Part shown: positions 37,012 to 49,600 of the stretch, one piece after another | How the letters are laid out: each line of letters begins with the position of its first letter | Numbering within the stretch: position 1 is the first letter of the stretch | Assembly: GCF_018350175.1 (NCBI RefSeq) | Contig: NC_058377.1 | Location: forward strand, 108,252,001 to 108,316,000 | Length of the DNA: 64,000 nt | Direction of reading: 5' to 3' | From: Felis catus | Lineage: Eukaryota | Position numbers and translations under genes: made by a program | Notes under the pieces: model-generated | What the model was told of the DNA's origin: nothing | Database searches by the model: none | What the model saw: only the letters and a program-made list of their open reading frames with translations

Positions 37012-38427
37012 ATGGAGCTGAGCAGCAAGAAGAAGCTCCACGCCCTGTCCCTGGCCGAGAAGATCCAGGTGCTGGAGCTGCTGGATGAGTCCAAGATGTC
37101 CCAGTCGGAGGTGGCCCGGCGCTTCCAGGTCTCCCAGCCCCAGATCTCACGCATCTGCAAGAATAAGGAGAAGCTGCTGGCGGACTGGTGCAGCGGCACG
37201 GCCAACCGGGAGCGCAAGCGCAAGCGGGAGTCCAAGTACAGCGGGATTGACGAGGCCCTGCTCTGCTGGTACCACATCGCCCGGGCCAAGGCCTGGGACG
37301 TGACGGGGCCCATGCTGCTCCACAAAGCCAAGGAGCTGGCCGACATCATGGGCCAGGATTTTGTCCCCAGCATTGGCTGGCTGGTCCGCTGGAAACGCCG
37401 GAACAATGTGGGCTTCGGGGCCCGGCACGTCCTGGCGCCTCCGTTCCCCCCCGAGCCACCTCCCCCGGGCCCCACGTCCCAGGCCCAGCCTCCTCTTTCT
37501 CTCAAAGACTTCTCCCCCGAGGACGTTTTCGGCTGCGCCGAAGTGCCTCTGCTGTACCGGGCAGTGCCCGGCAGAGGGGGCGCGCGCGACCGGGTGCAGG
37601 TGCTGCTGTGCGCCAACAGCAGAGGCACCGAGAAGCGGCGCGTGTGGGTCAGCGGGCTCCGGGCCGCGCCAACGTGCCTCTTCGGGGTCAGCGGCGCGGC
37701 TCTGCCGGCCTCCTACCACCCCGACCTGGGCGTCCCCTGGTCAGAGTGGCTGGCCCAGTTTGACAGGGACATGGCGCGGCAAGGCCGACAGGTGACCCTG
37801 CTGCTGGCCGCCCGGGTGGCGGAGGGGTTGGCCGGCCGGCCCGGGCTCCGCCACGTGCGGCTCCTGCCTCTGGCCGCCGACGGCAGCACGCCTGCGCTGC
37901 CCGGCTCCGTGGTCCGGGCCTTCAGGACCCACTACCGGCACCGCCTGCTGGGCAAGCTGGCTGCCGTCCGGAGCAAGAGGGCCGGCGCCTCGCTGGCCGA
38001 GGCCGCGGCGGGCATCACCGTGCTGGACGCGCTGCACATGGCGGCGGCCGCCTGGGCCAAGGTGCCCCCCCAGCTCATCGGGAGCAGCTTCGTCCAGGAA
38101 GGGCTGGCTCCCTGCAAGATGTCCCCGTCCCCAGACCAAGCCTCCGAGATGCCGCCGGTCCCCGGCGGGCTGAGCCTCGAGGAGTTTTCCCGCTTTGTGG
38201 ACCTGGAGGGTGAGGAGCCCGCGTCTGGGGGGTGCAAGGAGGAGACGGGCACTGAGGACGAGGCGGGGGCCGGAGAGGACGGCCTCGGGCCCCTGCCCAC
38301 CAAAGCCGACGCCCTCCGGGCACTGGGCACGCTGAGGAGGTGGCTGGAGTGCAACGGCACCTCCCCTGAGCTCTTTGAAAAATTCTACGCCTGCGAGGAG
38401 GAGGTGGAGCGTCTCTGCGGCTCGTGA
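37012..38427 (+). CDS. TIGD3: Tigger transposable element derived 3 (domesticated pogo-family transposase), 471 aa, single coding exon
   Basis: MELSSKKKLHALSLAEKIQVLELLDESKMSQSEVARRFQVSQPQISRICKNKE (CENP-B/psq-type HTH), second HTH (IDEALLCWYH...SIGWLVRWKRRNN), degenerate DDE_1 region; syntenic position between DPF2 and SLC25A45. Confidence 0.95.
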   Translation: MELSSKKKLHALSLAEKIQVLELLDESKMSQSEVARRFQVSQPQISRICKNKEKLLADWCSGTANRERKRKRESKYSGIDEALLCWYHIARAKAWDVTGPMLLHKAKELADIMGQDFVPSIGWLVRWKRRNNVGFGARHVLAPPFPPEPPPPGPTSQAQPPLSLKDFSPEDVFGCAEVPLLYRAVPGRGGARDRVQVLLCANSRGTEKRRVWVSGLRAAPTCLFGVSGAALPASYHPDLGVPWSEWLAQFDRDMARQGRQVTLLLAARVAEGLAGRPGLRHVRLLPLAADGSTPALPGSVVRAFRTHYRHRLLGKLAAVRSKRAGASLAEAAAGITVLDALHMAAAAWAKVPPQLIGSSFVQEGLAPCKMSPSPDQASEMPPVPGGLSLEEFSRFVDLEGEEPASGGCKEETGTEDEAGAGEDGLGPLPTKADALRALGTLRRWLECNGTSPELFEKFYACEEEVERLCGS

Positions 38428-38766
38428 GGGGCCCCCCTTGCTGCCGGCCGGGGCCCCCCTCTCCTGTTTCCCATGGAAACGCCCTCGCTAGGAAGGCGGG
38501 CTGGAGGCTGGGCTCTTTCCGCGGAAACGGAGCTTCGGGAGAGGTGTGGAAGGGAGACAAGCGGTGGAGACCGAGTCGAAGCCCCGAGAGAAGGTCGCCC
38601 CAGCCTCCAGAAGAGGGCTCTGAAGATGGGGCGCGCGGGGCGGGGTGTGAGGCTAGCGCGTCGTTTCTCAACCTCCAGGGAGGCCGCAACCTGGGAAGGA
38701 AGAATTGAGGCTCTACGGACAGGCCGATCCCTTGAACTCTGTGTCGGAAACAGTTCTGCTTCTGGA

Positions 38767-38772
38767 AATAAA
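38767..38772 (+). terminator. TIGD3: Polyadenylation signal of TIGD3
   Basis: AATAAA 340 nt after the stop, followed by U- and GU-rich sequence. Confidence 0.75.
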
Positions 38773-39515
38773 GTTTTTTTAATCAGAAGAGAGGTCGGGG
38801 TGTTGTTTTCATGGAAAAGGGGCGAAAACTTTCAACTCAGATTTTTAAAATTGACTGCTGAGGCTGGCCGCGACGCCGCCGTCCGGGCTTGGCCGCTGTG
38901 GCTGCACGTGACCAGCAGCACCCCCGTCTTCCAGAACTCCAGCGGGAAGGACTCCCCGGGAACGGGGACCCCTTACCTGCCGACAGACAGATCCCGAGTA
39001 TCGTCCCAGGACATTCTGCTGCTCTGATGACTTCGCTCTCAGATCGTGGCATTAGGAACGGGGGGAGGGGTGGCTAGGGACGGTCTAGGGAAACCACACG
39101 GAGCCAGAACTTGGCATCGCCATCCGTTCCTTTGATCATTTCGCAACATCTCTTCAGCAAGCCTCCTGTGTGGTGAGCTTGCAAAAATGGCCTCCCTGCC
39201 GGGCAGGGCCTCACAGACAGTGACAGTGCGGTGTGACTAAAGGCCGTCCCACGGGCTTGTGCAAAGTGCTGTGGCCCCCAGGAGCCTGGGGAGACTCCTG
39301 GAGGGGGGGAGCGGGAAGGACAATCCCGGCCAAGGGGAGGCAAGCATGGAGGCCTGCCGGGAAGGAGGGGGCCCCAGGTGGTGAGCAGAGGCAGGCGGTC
39401 CCTGTAGAGCGCAGGGGGAGGCGTGGGGAGCAGGAGGGGTCTTCAGCCCACCACACAAGCTGGTGGGGCACCCCAAGGGGTCTCAGGGTGAGGACAGGTC
39501 ATTCGTGGGATCCAT

Positions 39516-39728
39516 GGGGCACCCGGGTGGCTCAGTCGGTTAAGCGTCCGACTTCGGCTCAGGTCATGATCTTGCAGTTCGGGAGTTCGAGCCCCACGTC
39601 GGGCTCTGTGCTGACGGCTCGGAGCCTGGAGCCTGCTTCAGATTCTGTGTCTCCCTCTCTCTCTGCCCCTCCCCCACTTGTGCTCTCTCTGTCTCTCTGA
39701 AAAATGAATAAATATTTGTTAAAAATTT
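39516..39728 (+). mobile_element. Can-SINE
   Basis: GGGGCACCCGGGTGGCTCAG head, (CT)n region, A tail. Confidence 0.9.
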
Positions 39729-40071
39729 AGAAGAACTGAGACGTGGAGACGTGGGTCCAGGTGAGAGGTGGGCAGCCTGAGCCAGATCGGGGAGTAGGAT
39801 CTGAAGAGGATGGGTTGACCTGGAAAGGACATGGGCTGTGGACACAGACGGACCCTGGCCGGTGAGGCGTCCAGCTCAGGCCCAAATCCTACTGCGGCCG
39901 AAAAGGCAATCGACCGTCACAAGCCAGCGCGGCACAGTTTTCTGGGGGGTGTTGCGGTCCAGGACACGGCGTCCAGGGCAGCCACGCTCACGCCCCCCTG
40001 CACGCCTGGCCCAGGCTCCCCTCACTGGGGGCGTGGCTGCGGCACTTTGTCGACTTTGATGAAGTACCTTT

Positions 40072-40303
40072 CTTTTTTTGTTTTTTTTTAATTTTTTTTT
40101 TAATGCTTATTTACTTTTGAAGGAGAGAGAGACAGAGTGTGAGCAGGAGAGGGGTAGAAGAGAGGGAGACACAGAATCCGAAGCAGGCTCCAGGCCCTGA
40201 GCTGTCAGCACAGAGTCCGGCTCAGGGCTTGAACCCATGGACGGCGAGATCACGACCTGAGCCGAAGTCAGACGCTCAACCGACTGAGCCACCCAGGCGC
40301 CCC
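40072..40303 (-). mobile_element. Can-SINE
   Basis: Reverse SINE ending ACCCAGGCGCCCC. Confidence 0.9.
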
Positions 40304-40493
40304 ACAATCCTCAGTGTATTAAGGAAAGCTCCCGGGACGCTAACTTCTGTTGTATACTTCTTCTAACTTCTTGAAGCTCTTTCTTCTCCAGGCATCCCCG
40401 TCACCTTACTGGCCTCATTTTCTTTCTCTCTGGAAAACCCGAAGATCTCGTTTAGGAGAGCACCTCTTCAGAAAAATTTGTAGTTACTCCTGC

Positions 40494-40512
40494 CAGACAC
40501 CAGAGGGCGCTC
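40494..40512 (+). promoter_or_regulatory. CTCF motif
   Basis: CAGACACCAGAGGGCGCTC. Confidence 0.6.
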
Positions 40513-40551
40513 CTACCATGATAAGTTAATTTCTCCATGGAAGATGTCCCT

Positions 40552-40778
40552 GGGGCGCCTGGGTGGCTCAGTTGGTTAAGCTTCTGACTCCAGCTCAGGT
40601 TATGATCTTGCCGCCTGTGAGTCCGAGCCCCGCGTCAGGCTCTGTGCTGACAGCCCGGAGCCTGGAGCCTGCTTCGGATTCTGTGTCTCCCTCTCTCTCT
40701 GCCCCTCCTCTGCTGATACTGTTTCTCAAAAATAAATAAACATCAAGAAAAAATTTTTTAAAAAGAATAAAAAAAAGG
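40552..40778 (+). mobile_element. Can-SINE
   Basis: GGGGCGCCTGGGTGG head; imperfect AAG(A/G)TGTCCC duplication. Confidence 0.9.
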
Positions 40779-41279
40779 AAGGAAAGAAAGGTGTCCCAGA
40801 CCTGAAGCAATATGAATAGGCATGTGGCTTCTGGTTCACAGAGGAGACGATCTTGTTCTTAATTTTTGTCCACCACGAGGGAGAGGTAGGTTTCTTTGTA
40901 AATTCCCTTTACTGGTGGATGGAGATTTTCTGGTCTACCTTTGCACTAAAGGTATATCCCTCTCCAGAATCTTGGCTTAATTTATGAGTCTGGGGTTCAG
41001 TTCCCCTTGACAGTTCCATGCAGTTATTTAACCCAAATGCTGAGAAGCATTAGTGCGAGCCCCTTAGTAGCTCCAATTCCAACACGCTGGTTTACGCTTA
41101 CTTCCTTGTTTTGAAGGGGCACTTGGGAAGTTCCCTTACTTCTTGAAAGGTTAGGGTTTTAAGATCCTGTTTGTTCTAATGGATCTGGAGTCTAGTTACT
41201 TTATAGTAGGAGGGATCTAGGTAAAGTCTACAGCATCAGTCTGCCAGAGGGGGAGTTGGGAAGATCAGTTTTCTTTCTT

Positions 41280-42020
41280 TCTTCATTCATTCATTCATTT
41301 GTTCAAAACCATCGATTGAGCACCTCTGTGTGCCAGCTAGGGTTGTGATGATGTACAAAAACAGACGAGGTCTTTGCTTCATGGAGCTCATAGCTTAGAG
41401 CAGAGACATTATGATAAAAGAATCACACAAACAAGTGTGATTACAGACGAAGTGGGGATTGCATGAAAGCTAGTGCTTCTCAAACTGTGGGCCACACCAG
41501 CAGCATCAGTAGGAACTTAGTAAAGCACAAGTTCTTGGACTCTTCCCAAACTTACTGAATCAGAAACGCCAGCATGGGACCCAGTAATCTGTATTTCAAC
41601 AAGCCCCCCCCCCCCCACCCCCCGCCAAGGTGATTCTAAAGTACTGCCATAAGCCAAAGGAACTTGACCTAGACAGAGGGGCTGACCAAATTTCCCTAAG
41701 GAAGTGGTGATGACAACAGAAAGATGAGTGAGAGGCACATAGGCAGTGAGAACAGCATGTGCAAATGTCCTGCGGTCAGAGGGAATCTGGCTGTGTAAGG
41801 AACCAAGAGAAGGTGAGTGTCTGAGGGCCTTGAAGTTTGTAGAAGCTTGCCCTGATTCCTCAGAGTGATGGAAGGCCATCCAGGAGGATGAGAGGAGTAG
41901 GGCGTCTTGATCAGAACTGCATTTGAAAAAGCGGAGTTATTTGTTCAGATTCAGGACAGGACCAAGGCTGTGGCACGAGGATGGCGAAAGAGGGAGTGAG
42001 TCCTAGAAAACTTCAGAAGC
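41280..42020 (-). mobile_element. L2 remnant interrupted by a MER5A-like element (about 41470-41650)
   Basis: (TTCA)n...ATTGAGCACCTCTGTGTGCCAG; TAGTGCTTCTCAAACT...CTTACTGAATCAGAAAC...GGTGATTCT. Confidence 0.65.
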
Positions 42021-42657
42021 AGGGTTGGCAGGAGCTGGGGACTCCTTTGATATGGGAGGAGGGGAAAAGGAGAGCTTCCTGGAGACATGTGGCCCGAGGA
42101 CATACCTGTACCGCAGAGCACTGCAGCAGGAGGGGACCGGGGGGAGCCATGACGTGCCTTTGAGATCCTCAAGGACAGGTGACCAGAGACAGAGGGCAGT
42201 GTGGGCCTGGAGCTCCGGACAGCGGTTAAGCCAGAAACAAGTCACATTCACGAAGTGAATCCCCACGAGTCTGAAGGAAGTGACTTAAGCCAGAATCGTC
42301 CTTGGGTGTGTCATTTCCCCCTATAGTCTTCGTGTCACTATCCACATAAGTTAGCCTCCTGTGGTCACTGCTCTGAAAACAAACGTGACATTTGACAGTA
42401 TGAAACCGGTAAGATGCCGTATACGCTCGCCCAAGTTACAAGCTCCTGATGTGCAAGCCTCAGACACCATCCCCGTTGTCAACTCAAAGCAAGTGCATTT
42501 GCTATTTTCTTTCCTAGTTCTTAAGGATTCCTTTCCCCTCAGCGAGTCCTCAAACGTAATGATGACCCCCGACGATACGTTAATTCCTTGTGGAACTTAA
42601 CGTGACTATTATGAGACCCTGCTGATGTAAAAACACTTGGCTTTGAGAAATATCCTT

Positions 42658-43005
42658 GGGGGATCCCCAGGCGGCTCAGTCGGTTATCTGACTCTTGATT
42701 TCGGCTCAGGTCATGATCTCACGGTTTGTGAGTTCGAGCCCTGCCTTGGGCTGTGCACAGACAGCGCAGAGCCTGCTTGGGATTCTCTCTCCTGTGTCTG
42801 CCCCTCTCCTGATCGTGTGCGTGCATGCGTTCTCTCTCTCACCAAATAAACTTAAAAAAAATTGTCTTGGGGCGCCTGGGGGCTCAGTCGGTTAAGCGTC
42901 CGACTTCAGGTCAGGTCATGATCTCGCGGTTCGTGGGTTCGAGCCTCGTGGAGCCTGCTTCGGATTCTGTGTCTCCCTCTATTTCTGCCCCTCCCCCACT
43001 TGTGC

Positions 43006-43043
<38 letters not shown>

Positions 43044-43076
43044 TATCTCAAAAATAAATAAACATTAAAAAAAATC
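42658..43076 (+). mobile_element. Tandem Can-SINE pair, second with (GT)n at 43009-43042
   Basis: Heads at 42658 and 42869; target-like AAAT(T)ATCCTTGG at 42648 and 43084, diverged copy at 42859. Confidence 0.9.
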
Positions 43077-44315
43077 TTTTTTTAAATTATCCTTGGCCAC
43101 TTCCTGCCTGTTCTTTGTCTTTCCACCCTCCTTTCCAACACTGTTGTGTCCTTTCCCTGGGCCTCGGAAAGAGGAATGAGTTGTTTTCTCACTAATCGTG
43201 TTCACACTTAACCCTAACCTCCCTCCAGCTCTGTTCTGTCAGTCCAGCTAGCAGCCCTTGCCATGTGCAGCAACAGCAGCTCGGGCCGGGAGTACATGGC
43301 CCCGTGGGAGGCCTGCACTCTCTCTGGTTGTAAGGGAGGAGAGGAGAACAGCTCCAGCCTCCAGAGACACCCCGGGAAAGAACCGGATAGGGAAAACGGA
43401 AGCCTATGCCTAGACGGTGCAAAGGCAGGCTTAAGGGTGTAATTGCTACCCCAAAAGAGGATTTAATTAAAACCCAGTCAAGAACGGATTTTTAAAGTTT
43501 ATTCTCTTGCTGACAGGTAATGTGCGAAATGGCAAACTACAGAGGGCCACCCTGACCTCCTGCTCCCTTCTGGCCCATTTATAAGCACCGCCTTCTCTCT
43601 CACATGTACCGACTGCCCCCCCCCCCACCCCTGCCCCCAACCACTGCTGTACCATCACCATCCTATCTGGCTCCAAATCTGGTACCGACGTGGTGCTGGA
43701 CAGCCGCTGGGGCCTCACTAACCGACCAGATGTCAGAGGCAATTGAGGCACAGGAAGGGCGGTGACTGGCTGAGCCAGACCCTGTCTTTCCATATCAGGA
43801 ACACAGGCTTCCTGACCCTGGCCAGGAGGGGAGGCCACTGGAGCTAGGAGTTCAAGTCCCCTCTACTGGACCCATAAGTCCCTTAGCTCGAGAGGACAGC
43901 ACACACGTTTCTGCCTGTAGGAGCACCTGAACACCATTAAACCTTAACGTGTATAAAAGGGACCAGAATGCTTTGCACCACACGGATTCCTAGGCCCCAA
44001 TCTCAGAGATTCCGATTCCATCCACCCCCGGTGGGGCCCGGGATCCTGCATTTCGAACCTGATGCCACTGCTCCAGAGACCACACTGGAATCAGCCCGAC
44101 CTGGAAACCCGCAGACCCCTACCTACCGTGTTAGCAAGGGTGAGGCCAGACTATTGCAACAAAGACGTGTCAGAGCACAGCAGCCCGGGTGGTCGTGGGC
44201 ACCCGGGTTCTGGGCCGACGGGGTGCCTCCTGCGTCCTCAGCAGGGCCTTCTGGGGGCCCCACTTCCGGCCAACAGTGAGGAATCTTCTTGAAGGTAAGA
44301 GATGGGCAATTTGCA

Positions 44316-44540
44316 AGGTGCCTGGGTGGCTCAGTCGGTTAAGCGTGTGACTTTGGCCCAGGTCACGATCTCACGGGCCGTGAGGTCAAGCCCCGCGTCG
44401 GGCTCTGTGCTGACAGCTCGGAGCCTGGAGCCCGCTTCGGATGCTGTGTCTCCCTCTCTCTCTCTCTCTGCCCCTTCCTTCCCCGCTCTTGCTCTGTCTC
44501 TATCAAAAATGAACATTAAAAAAAAAAATTAAGCAAAAAG
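44316..44540 (+). mobile_element. Can-SINE
   Basis: Perfect 18-bp TSD AGAGATGGGCAATTTGCA at 44298 and 44541. Confidence 0.93.
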
Positions 44541-45008
44541 AGAGATGGGCAATTTGCAGGCATTACACATTTCTCTGGCAAAAGCCCAGGGACAGGGCCC
44601 CCCTGAGTTGCGAGGGAGGTTAGGAAATGGAGCCCGGCTCGGTGGGCACATGCCTTGCGGCCACACCGTGACACTGGAAGAAGACGGGCGCCGTTTGGGT
44701 GCCGCTGCAGTTTGCAGGCCACCGTCCGGTGAAGGAGAGCTCTGAGGAGCACACGTGGGGCTGATGCCATCAGGCCAGCCCCGGGTGGGTTTGAACTTGG
44801 TGGGAGGCTGTCGCGGGCCCCAGGCAGAACAGGTGGGCAGAGTAACTGGGCTCTGGAGTTGGAGGCTTGGATGTGTCCGGGCAGGCGGTGCGACATACTG
44901 GCCATGTGACCTTGGACACGTTACACACACTCTCTGAGCTAAGGCTGTGATAAGAGCTAGAACGCTGTAAACTGTGATAATATTGTGATGGTTTGGGGTG
45001 GGGGGTAA

Positions 45009-45337
45009 AGTTTATTTATTTTGAGAGAGAGAAAGCGGGCACACAAGCAGGGGAGGAGCAGAGAGAGAGGGAGGGCGAGAGGATCCCAAGCAGGCTCCGC
45101 CCTGTCAACGTGGACCCCGACGAGGGGCTTGATCCCACGAACAGTGAGATCATTAGCGGAGCTGAAATCAAAAGTCAGACGCTTAACCGACAGAGCCACC
45201 CCAGGCATCCAATGATGTTTTGTTTTAAGATTTTATTTTGTTTTTTAAAAGTAATCTCTGCACCCAACAGGGGGCTCAACCTCACAACTCCAAGATGGGA
45301 GCCACGTGCTCCACTGACAGAGCCAGCCAGGTGCCCC
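45009..45337 (-). mobile_element. Tandem Can-SINE pair (full plus short older type)
   Basis: Outer TSD TATTGT(G/A)ATGGTTT at 44981 and 45338. Confidence 0.88.
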
Positions 45338-46604
45338 TATTGTAATGGTTTTCATTGGGAGCCCCCAGTAAATGGTAAGAATCCCAGGCACTCAGGTCGC
45401 CAGAAGGTGGGCCCAGGCTGACCTCAGACCAGATAGGGACATTAGTGGGTACAAACTCTCCTCGGCTTCATTGCCAATCAAGGAACCCCTCTTTGGCCAG
45501 TTTGTAACCCCTACTTAGCAACTGAGATGGGTAAGAAAAACAAACACCGTCCGTGAGAGTGGCCAGGCCAGCACTCCTGGGGGAGGTGGTCCCTGACTTC
45601 TGGCACCGGTCCCCTGGAGACGACCCCAAGAGGGGCCAGGCAGGCAAAAACTCCCGGTAGAAAGGTGGGGGTGCAGCACCAAGGAAGTGGGTGTGGTGGT
45701 TGGAGCTGAGGGACCGATCAGAAGTCTGGCCCCTGACCTCAAGGAGCTCCCTGTGTAACGGGGTTAGGCTGAGAAGCAAATCAACAACCACGACACAGCA
45801 CAGGGGAGGGAGGGCCGTGATCCAGGCCTGTGGGGGATGTGGAAGAGATCAGGGGATGAGGTGGGGGTGGGGACTAGGAGGTGGGGGGTTGGGAGTGGTA
45901 TGAAAACCCCCCAGCCAGTCAAGAGGCAAGGGGGAGGCAAGGAAAGACTCCAAGGGACAGTGCTCGACCTGGGCCCGGAGCGGGCTTAGCCACCCCTCGG
46001 GAACTGTTTGCTCCAGGCCACGAGGGAATAAGCCTTCCAGGCCAAGGCCAGTAACAACACAGCTTGCTCTCCAAGTGCAGGGCTGGGCTGTGGAAGCCCC
46101 CAGGGAGAAGAAAGCCAGTGGACAGGGAGGGCCCAGGAGGTGGGGGGGGGGGGCTCTCCCCCAGACCGGAAGGGAAGCCACTGAAGGACTCTGGACCAGC
46201 AGGGGACAGAAGGCTGCTCTCCAGGGGGGTCACGTGGGGAGCAGTTTGAAAGGAGGTGAGGAGGGCCCGTGAGGACGAGTTGCTGGAATCCAGGGGGTGG
46301 CTGGTTAGCGCCCAGGGGCGCAGCCTCTAAGAGCTCTTTAAGGGGTGAAGCCCCAGGCTGGGGGCCAGAAGGTCACCAGCACCACGGGCCGGGGAGTGGA
46401 CTTCACAGACTCAAGGCAAGCGCTGCTGGGGGGCTGAAGTCAGCCTGTGTTCCGGAGCCCAGGGCCCGGGCCCACTGCTGCTCACCCTTGGGAAGGACTG
46501 GGCCTCTCGAATCGGATCGCAAGCCGGTGCTTTCACCTCGGCCTCCAAGCTGGGCAGGTGGGCGGTGGCCTCGCTGGGGAGCGGCCGGCATTACCTGCCC
46601 GGAC

Positions 46605-49600
46605 TCACCCCCACGAGCGGAGGAGGTATTCGTAGCTGAGGAAGGTGACGGCGTTGACAGGAAAGGCGCGGGCGCTGTTGATCGTCAGCCCCCGGAAGAA
46701 GACCCCCAGACCTTCCTGCCGGGCGCTGCTTACCATGCAGTCCAGCACCCCCCGGTACGCCCCGCGCTTCAGCCCCGCCATCTGCAGCCGGGACTTGATC
46801 ACATCCAAGGGCGTGGCTACGGCCCAGGAGGCGATGCCTGCAAAGCCCCCTGCCACCAGTACCCTGGCTGGGCCTGGGGTAGAGGAAGCCCAGACGGGTG
46901 TCAGACCCCGAGGAGCAAGGCACCCTCCCCCCCATCCCCAGCGTCCCTCCCCATCCTCCGGGCAAGGGCCAGCTCCCCTCCCCCATTCCCCCCTCGGTCC
47001 CCCCCCCCCCCACGCCAGTTTACTTACTGGGGTCCTGGCCGTCCCGCGTCGACTGGCGGCAGAGCCACTCATAGGTGACAAAATAGATCCCCATTGTGGG
47101 GGTGTCCCTCAGCGTCAGGGCCCAGGCTCCCCGGAACAGCCCCCGGGGCCCCTCCTCCTGGAAGATGGAGACCGCACAATGCACAGGCCCCCGGTACCGG
47201 GGCGGGGGGCTGCCCGGAGGCCGCGCCCTTGGCTCCGTCTGGTTTTGTAGCCGGACTTTGATGAGGTCAAAAGGGGCCAAGCAGTAGACCTGTATGTAAG
47301 GAAGCAGGAAGACCCTGGGTGGGGCTCTGGGAGAGAACGACGCCCCGTCCCGCTCACAGCCTCTGCACACAGGGCTCGGCATGGGCCAGACGGCTTCCGT
47401 AGCATCAGACCCCTGACAGCGAGCAGCACCGCCCCTCTCCCTGGACAACAGCATTGAACTTGCCTGGTGCTTGGTGCTCAGAGACAAACCTGGATTGTTT
47501 CCCCAAGACTGAGGATAGGTTTCTAGCCTCCCCAAAGCCAGGGTGAGACCCACCTGCAGTGATTGGGTCTGAAGAAAGGATTTAATCTGTGCCCAGGAGA
47601 CAGCAAAGGGCTGATTGCCGCCCCCTCCCCCCCCCCCCCCCCCCGCAGGGTGAAGGAGGTCACCTCAGTCCTGTTGGAGACTCCATAGGTTCTCCCTCCC
47701 CTACCTCCTGCAGGACACCTCTCAGAGGCCCCTGACGGGGTCAAGTGCTGGGCCAGCCTTTCCTGCCTCCTGAAAACCACCAACCACTTGTGTCCCAAGG
47801 AAGGTGGGTGATGGTGGGATCTGCGGGTCCTGGGATCTTATCACCCGGCTGAGGCAGAAGGGACGAACATTTGGGGTAGTATTAGGACTGAGGGTGGTTC
47901 CGGGTGGATGTGGAGGGAAGGTGGGGGCAGGGGCCAATGTGCGAATCAACGCGGATGCACTAGGTCAAGGTCAGCTGTTAGAGTTCAGATGAGAATTGAG
48001 GTGAGGCTGAGGTTAGCACGTCATGAGGGGCTTCTGTGGTTATTGTTTCTTTCGTGGAAGGTACATGAGCTCAGGTCCTCAGCCCTGGAGATGGCTGATG
48101 GCAGAGGCAGCTGGAAGTCGGCTCTGGCGGCGATGGTCAGAGGGCGACAGGCCAACTTTGCTTACTTCTTCCCCTGTAGGAAGGGCAGCGGGCTGGGGTC
48201 CCTCCCCCTGAGGCGTGACCCTGATATCATCCTTCAGAGTCTGTGGGTGGAGCCAAACTCAGGACTCCTCCAGGCGATGTGCCCCTGAGTCCAGGGCTCC
48301 TAAGGGTGAGGAAATGGCCGAGCCCAAGGTAGGGTGGCCAGCAGGGGCAGGTTAGGGTCCTCACTCCCCAACCTGTGCCCATGGGGTCAGTGGGGACGGC
48401 AGACACTGCCACAGTGTTTGACAGGGTCAGCCTTTACTGAGCCAAAGGCAACTTTTATGCACATCAGAGGTTGTCATTCCCTGCCCTGTGCTAACCAGAG
48501 TCACTTCCTGCCTCTTCGTGCCCTTCTCCACACTGAAACACAATTTCTGCTCCAAGATCCTGTTAAACCGAATCCATGGGCTTGATGGGAAACTGAGTTC
48601 CAGTCGGTCCTTGGACCAGGTCCCCATCAGTGACCCTATAACACCCCGTTCTGCTATCTGTTCTGCTTTTTTTTTTTAATTTTTAACATTTATTTATTAT
48701 TGAGAGACAGAGCATGAGCAGGGGAGGAGCAGAGAGAGAGGGAGACAGAATCCAAAGCAGGCTCCAGGCTCTGAGCTGTCAGCACAGAGCCGGACGCGGG
48801 GCTCGAACTCACAAACTGCAAGATCATGACCTGAGCTGAAGTCGGACGCTTAACCGACTGAGCCACCCAGGAGCCCCTGTTTTGCTTTCTAAAGAGCAGG
48901 AGGGGAGGGTGACTTAGGAGCTGGGCCTTTCTGGGCCGGCTACTAGCCTGGGGTCTCAGTTCTCTTCCTTGTTTTTGTGGGGTGCAAGTCTCAGGGCTTG
49001 GGAAATATGCAGGCATGTGTCCTGCACAAGAAGGGGCAGGAGAAAGGCCAGGACCTTTGGGGGTCTCATGAATCATTAATTCACTTGAGCGAGCCGCCTG
49101 GTTCTGTCCTTTGCCCTTGCTCTCTGCCCCATGAAGTATGTTAGGAGCGTCAGGGCAATATCAAATAGGGGGTGACGGAAGGCGCCCGGCTGGGGTGTGG
49201 AGGGGAGCCAGGCAAGAGTCCCTCCGCCTCTGTGCTCACGCCCCCCAATCAGCTGGGATTCCCCCTGGTGCCTGGAAGCCGCGTCTTCCTCCACCCCATC
49301 AATCAAAAGCTGGATACTTAAGTGCTGAGAACAAAGACCAAAACCGAATGATGAGAGCTATTTAATGATTAATGCCCTGGGCCTCTCGCAGCGAGCTCTG
49401 TGGACTGGGGCCCCGCGAGGCTCACAGATCCCGGCCCGCCACATGCTGCAGGCAAAGGGGCTGAGCAGGGCATGAGCTGGGGCAGTGCCAGGACCACGCC
49501 AGGACTGGAAGGGCTGGGCTCGGAGCTCTGGGAGCGCTATCAGTTCTCCAGGGCAAGAGGTCACCTGGGGGAGAAGTCTTCCCAGAGCCCTGAGGCTGGC

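Noticed and set aside
37012-38427. TIGD3 as an active transposon
   Set aside because: No terminal inverted repeats or TA duplication, catalytic residues replaced, host-type promoter and intron.
36954-38689. Antisense ORFs over TIGD3
   Set aside because: Shadow frames of a GC3-rich coding exon.
46269-47250. 269-aa and 201-aa plus-strand ORFs
   Set aside because: Antisense shadows of SLC25A45 exons.
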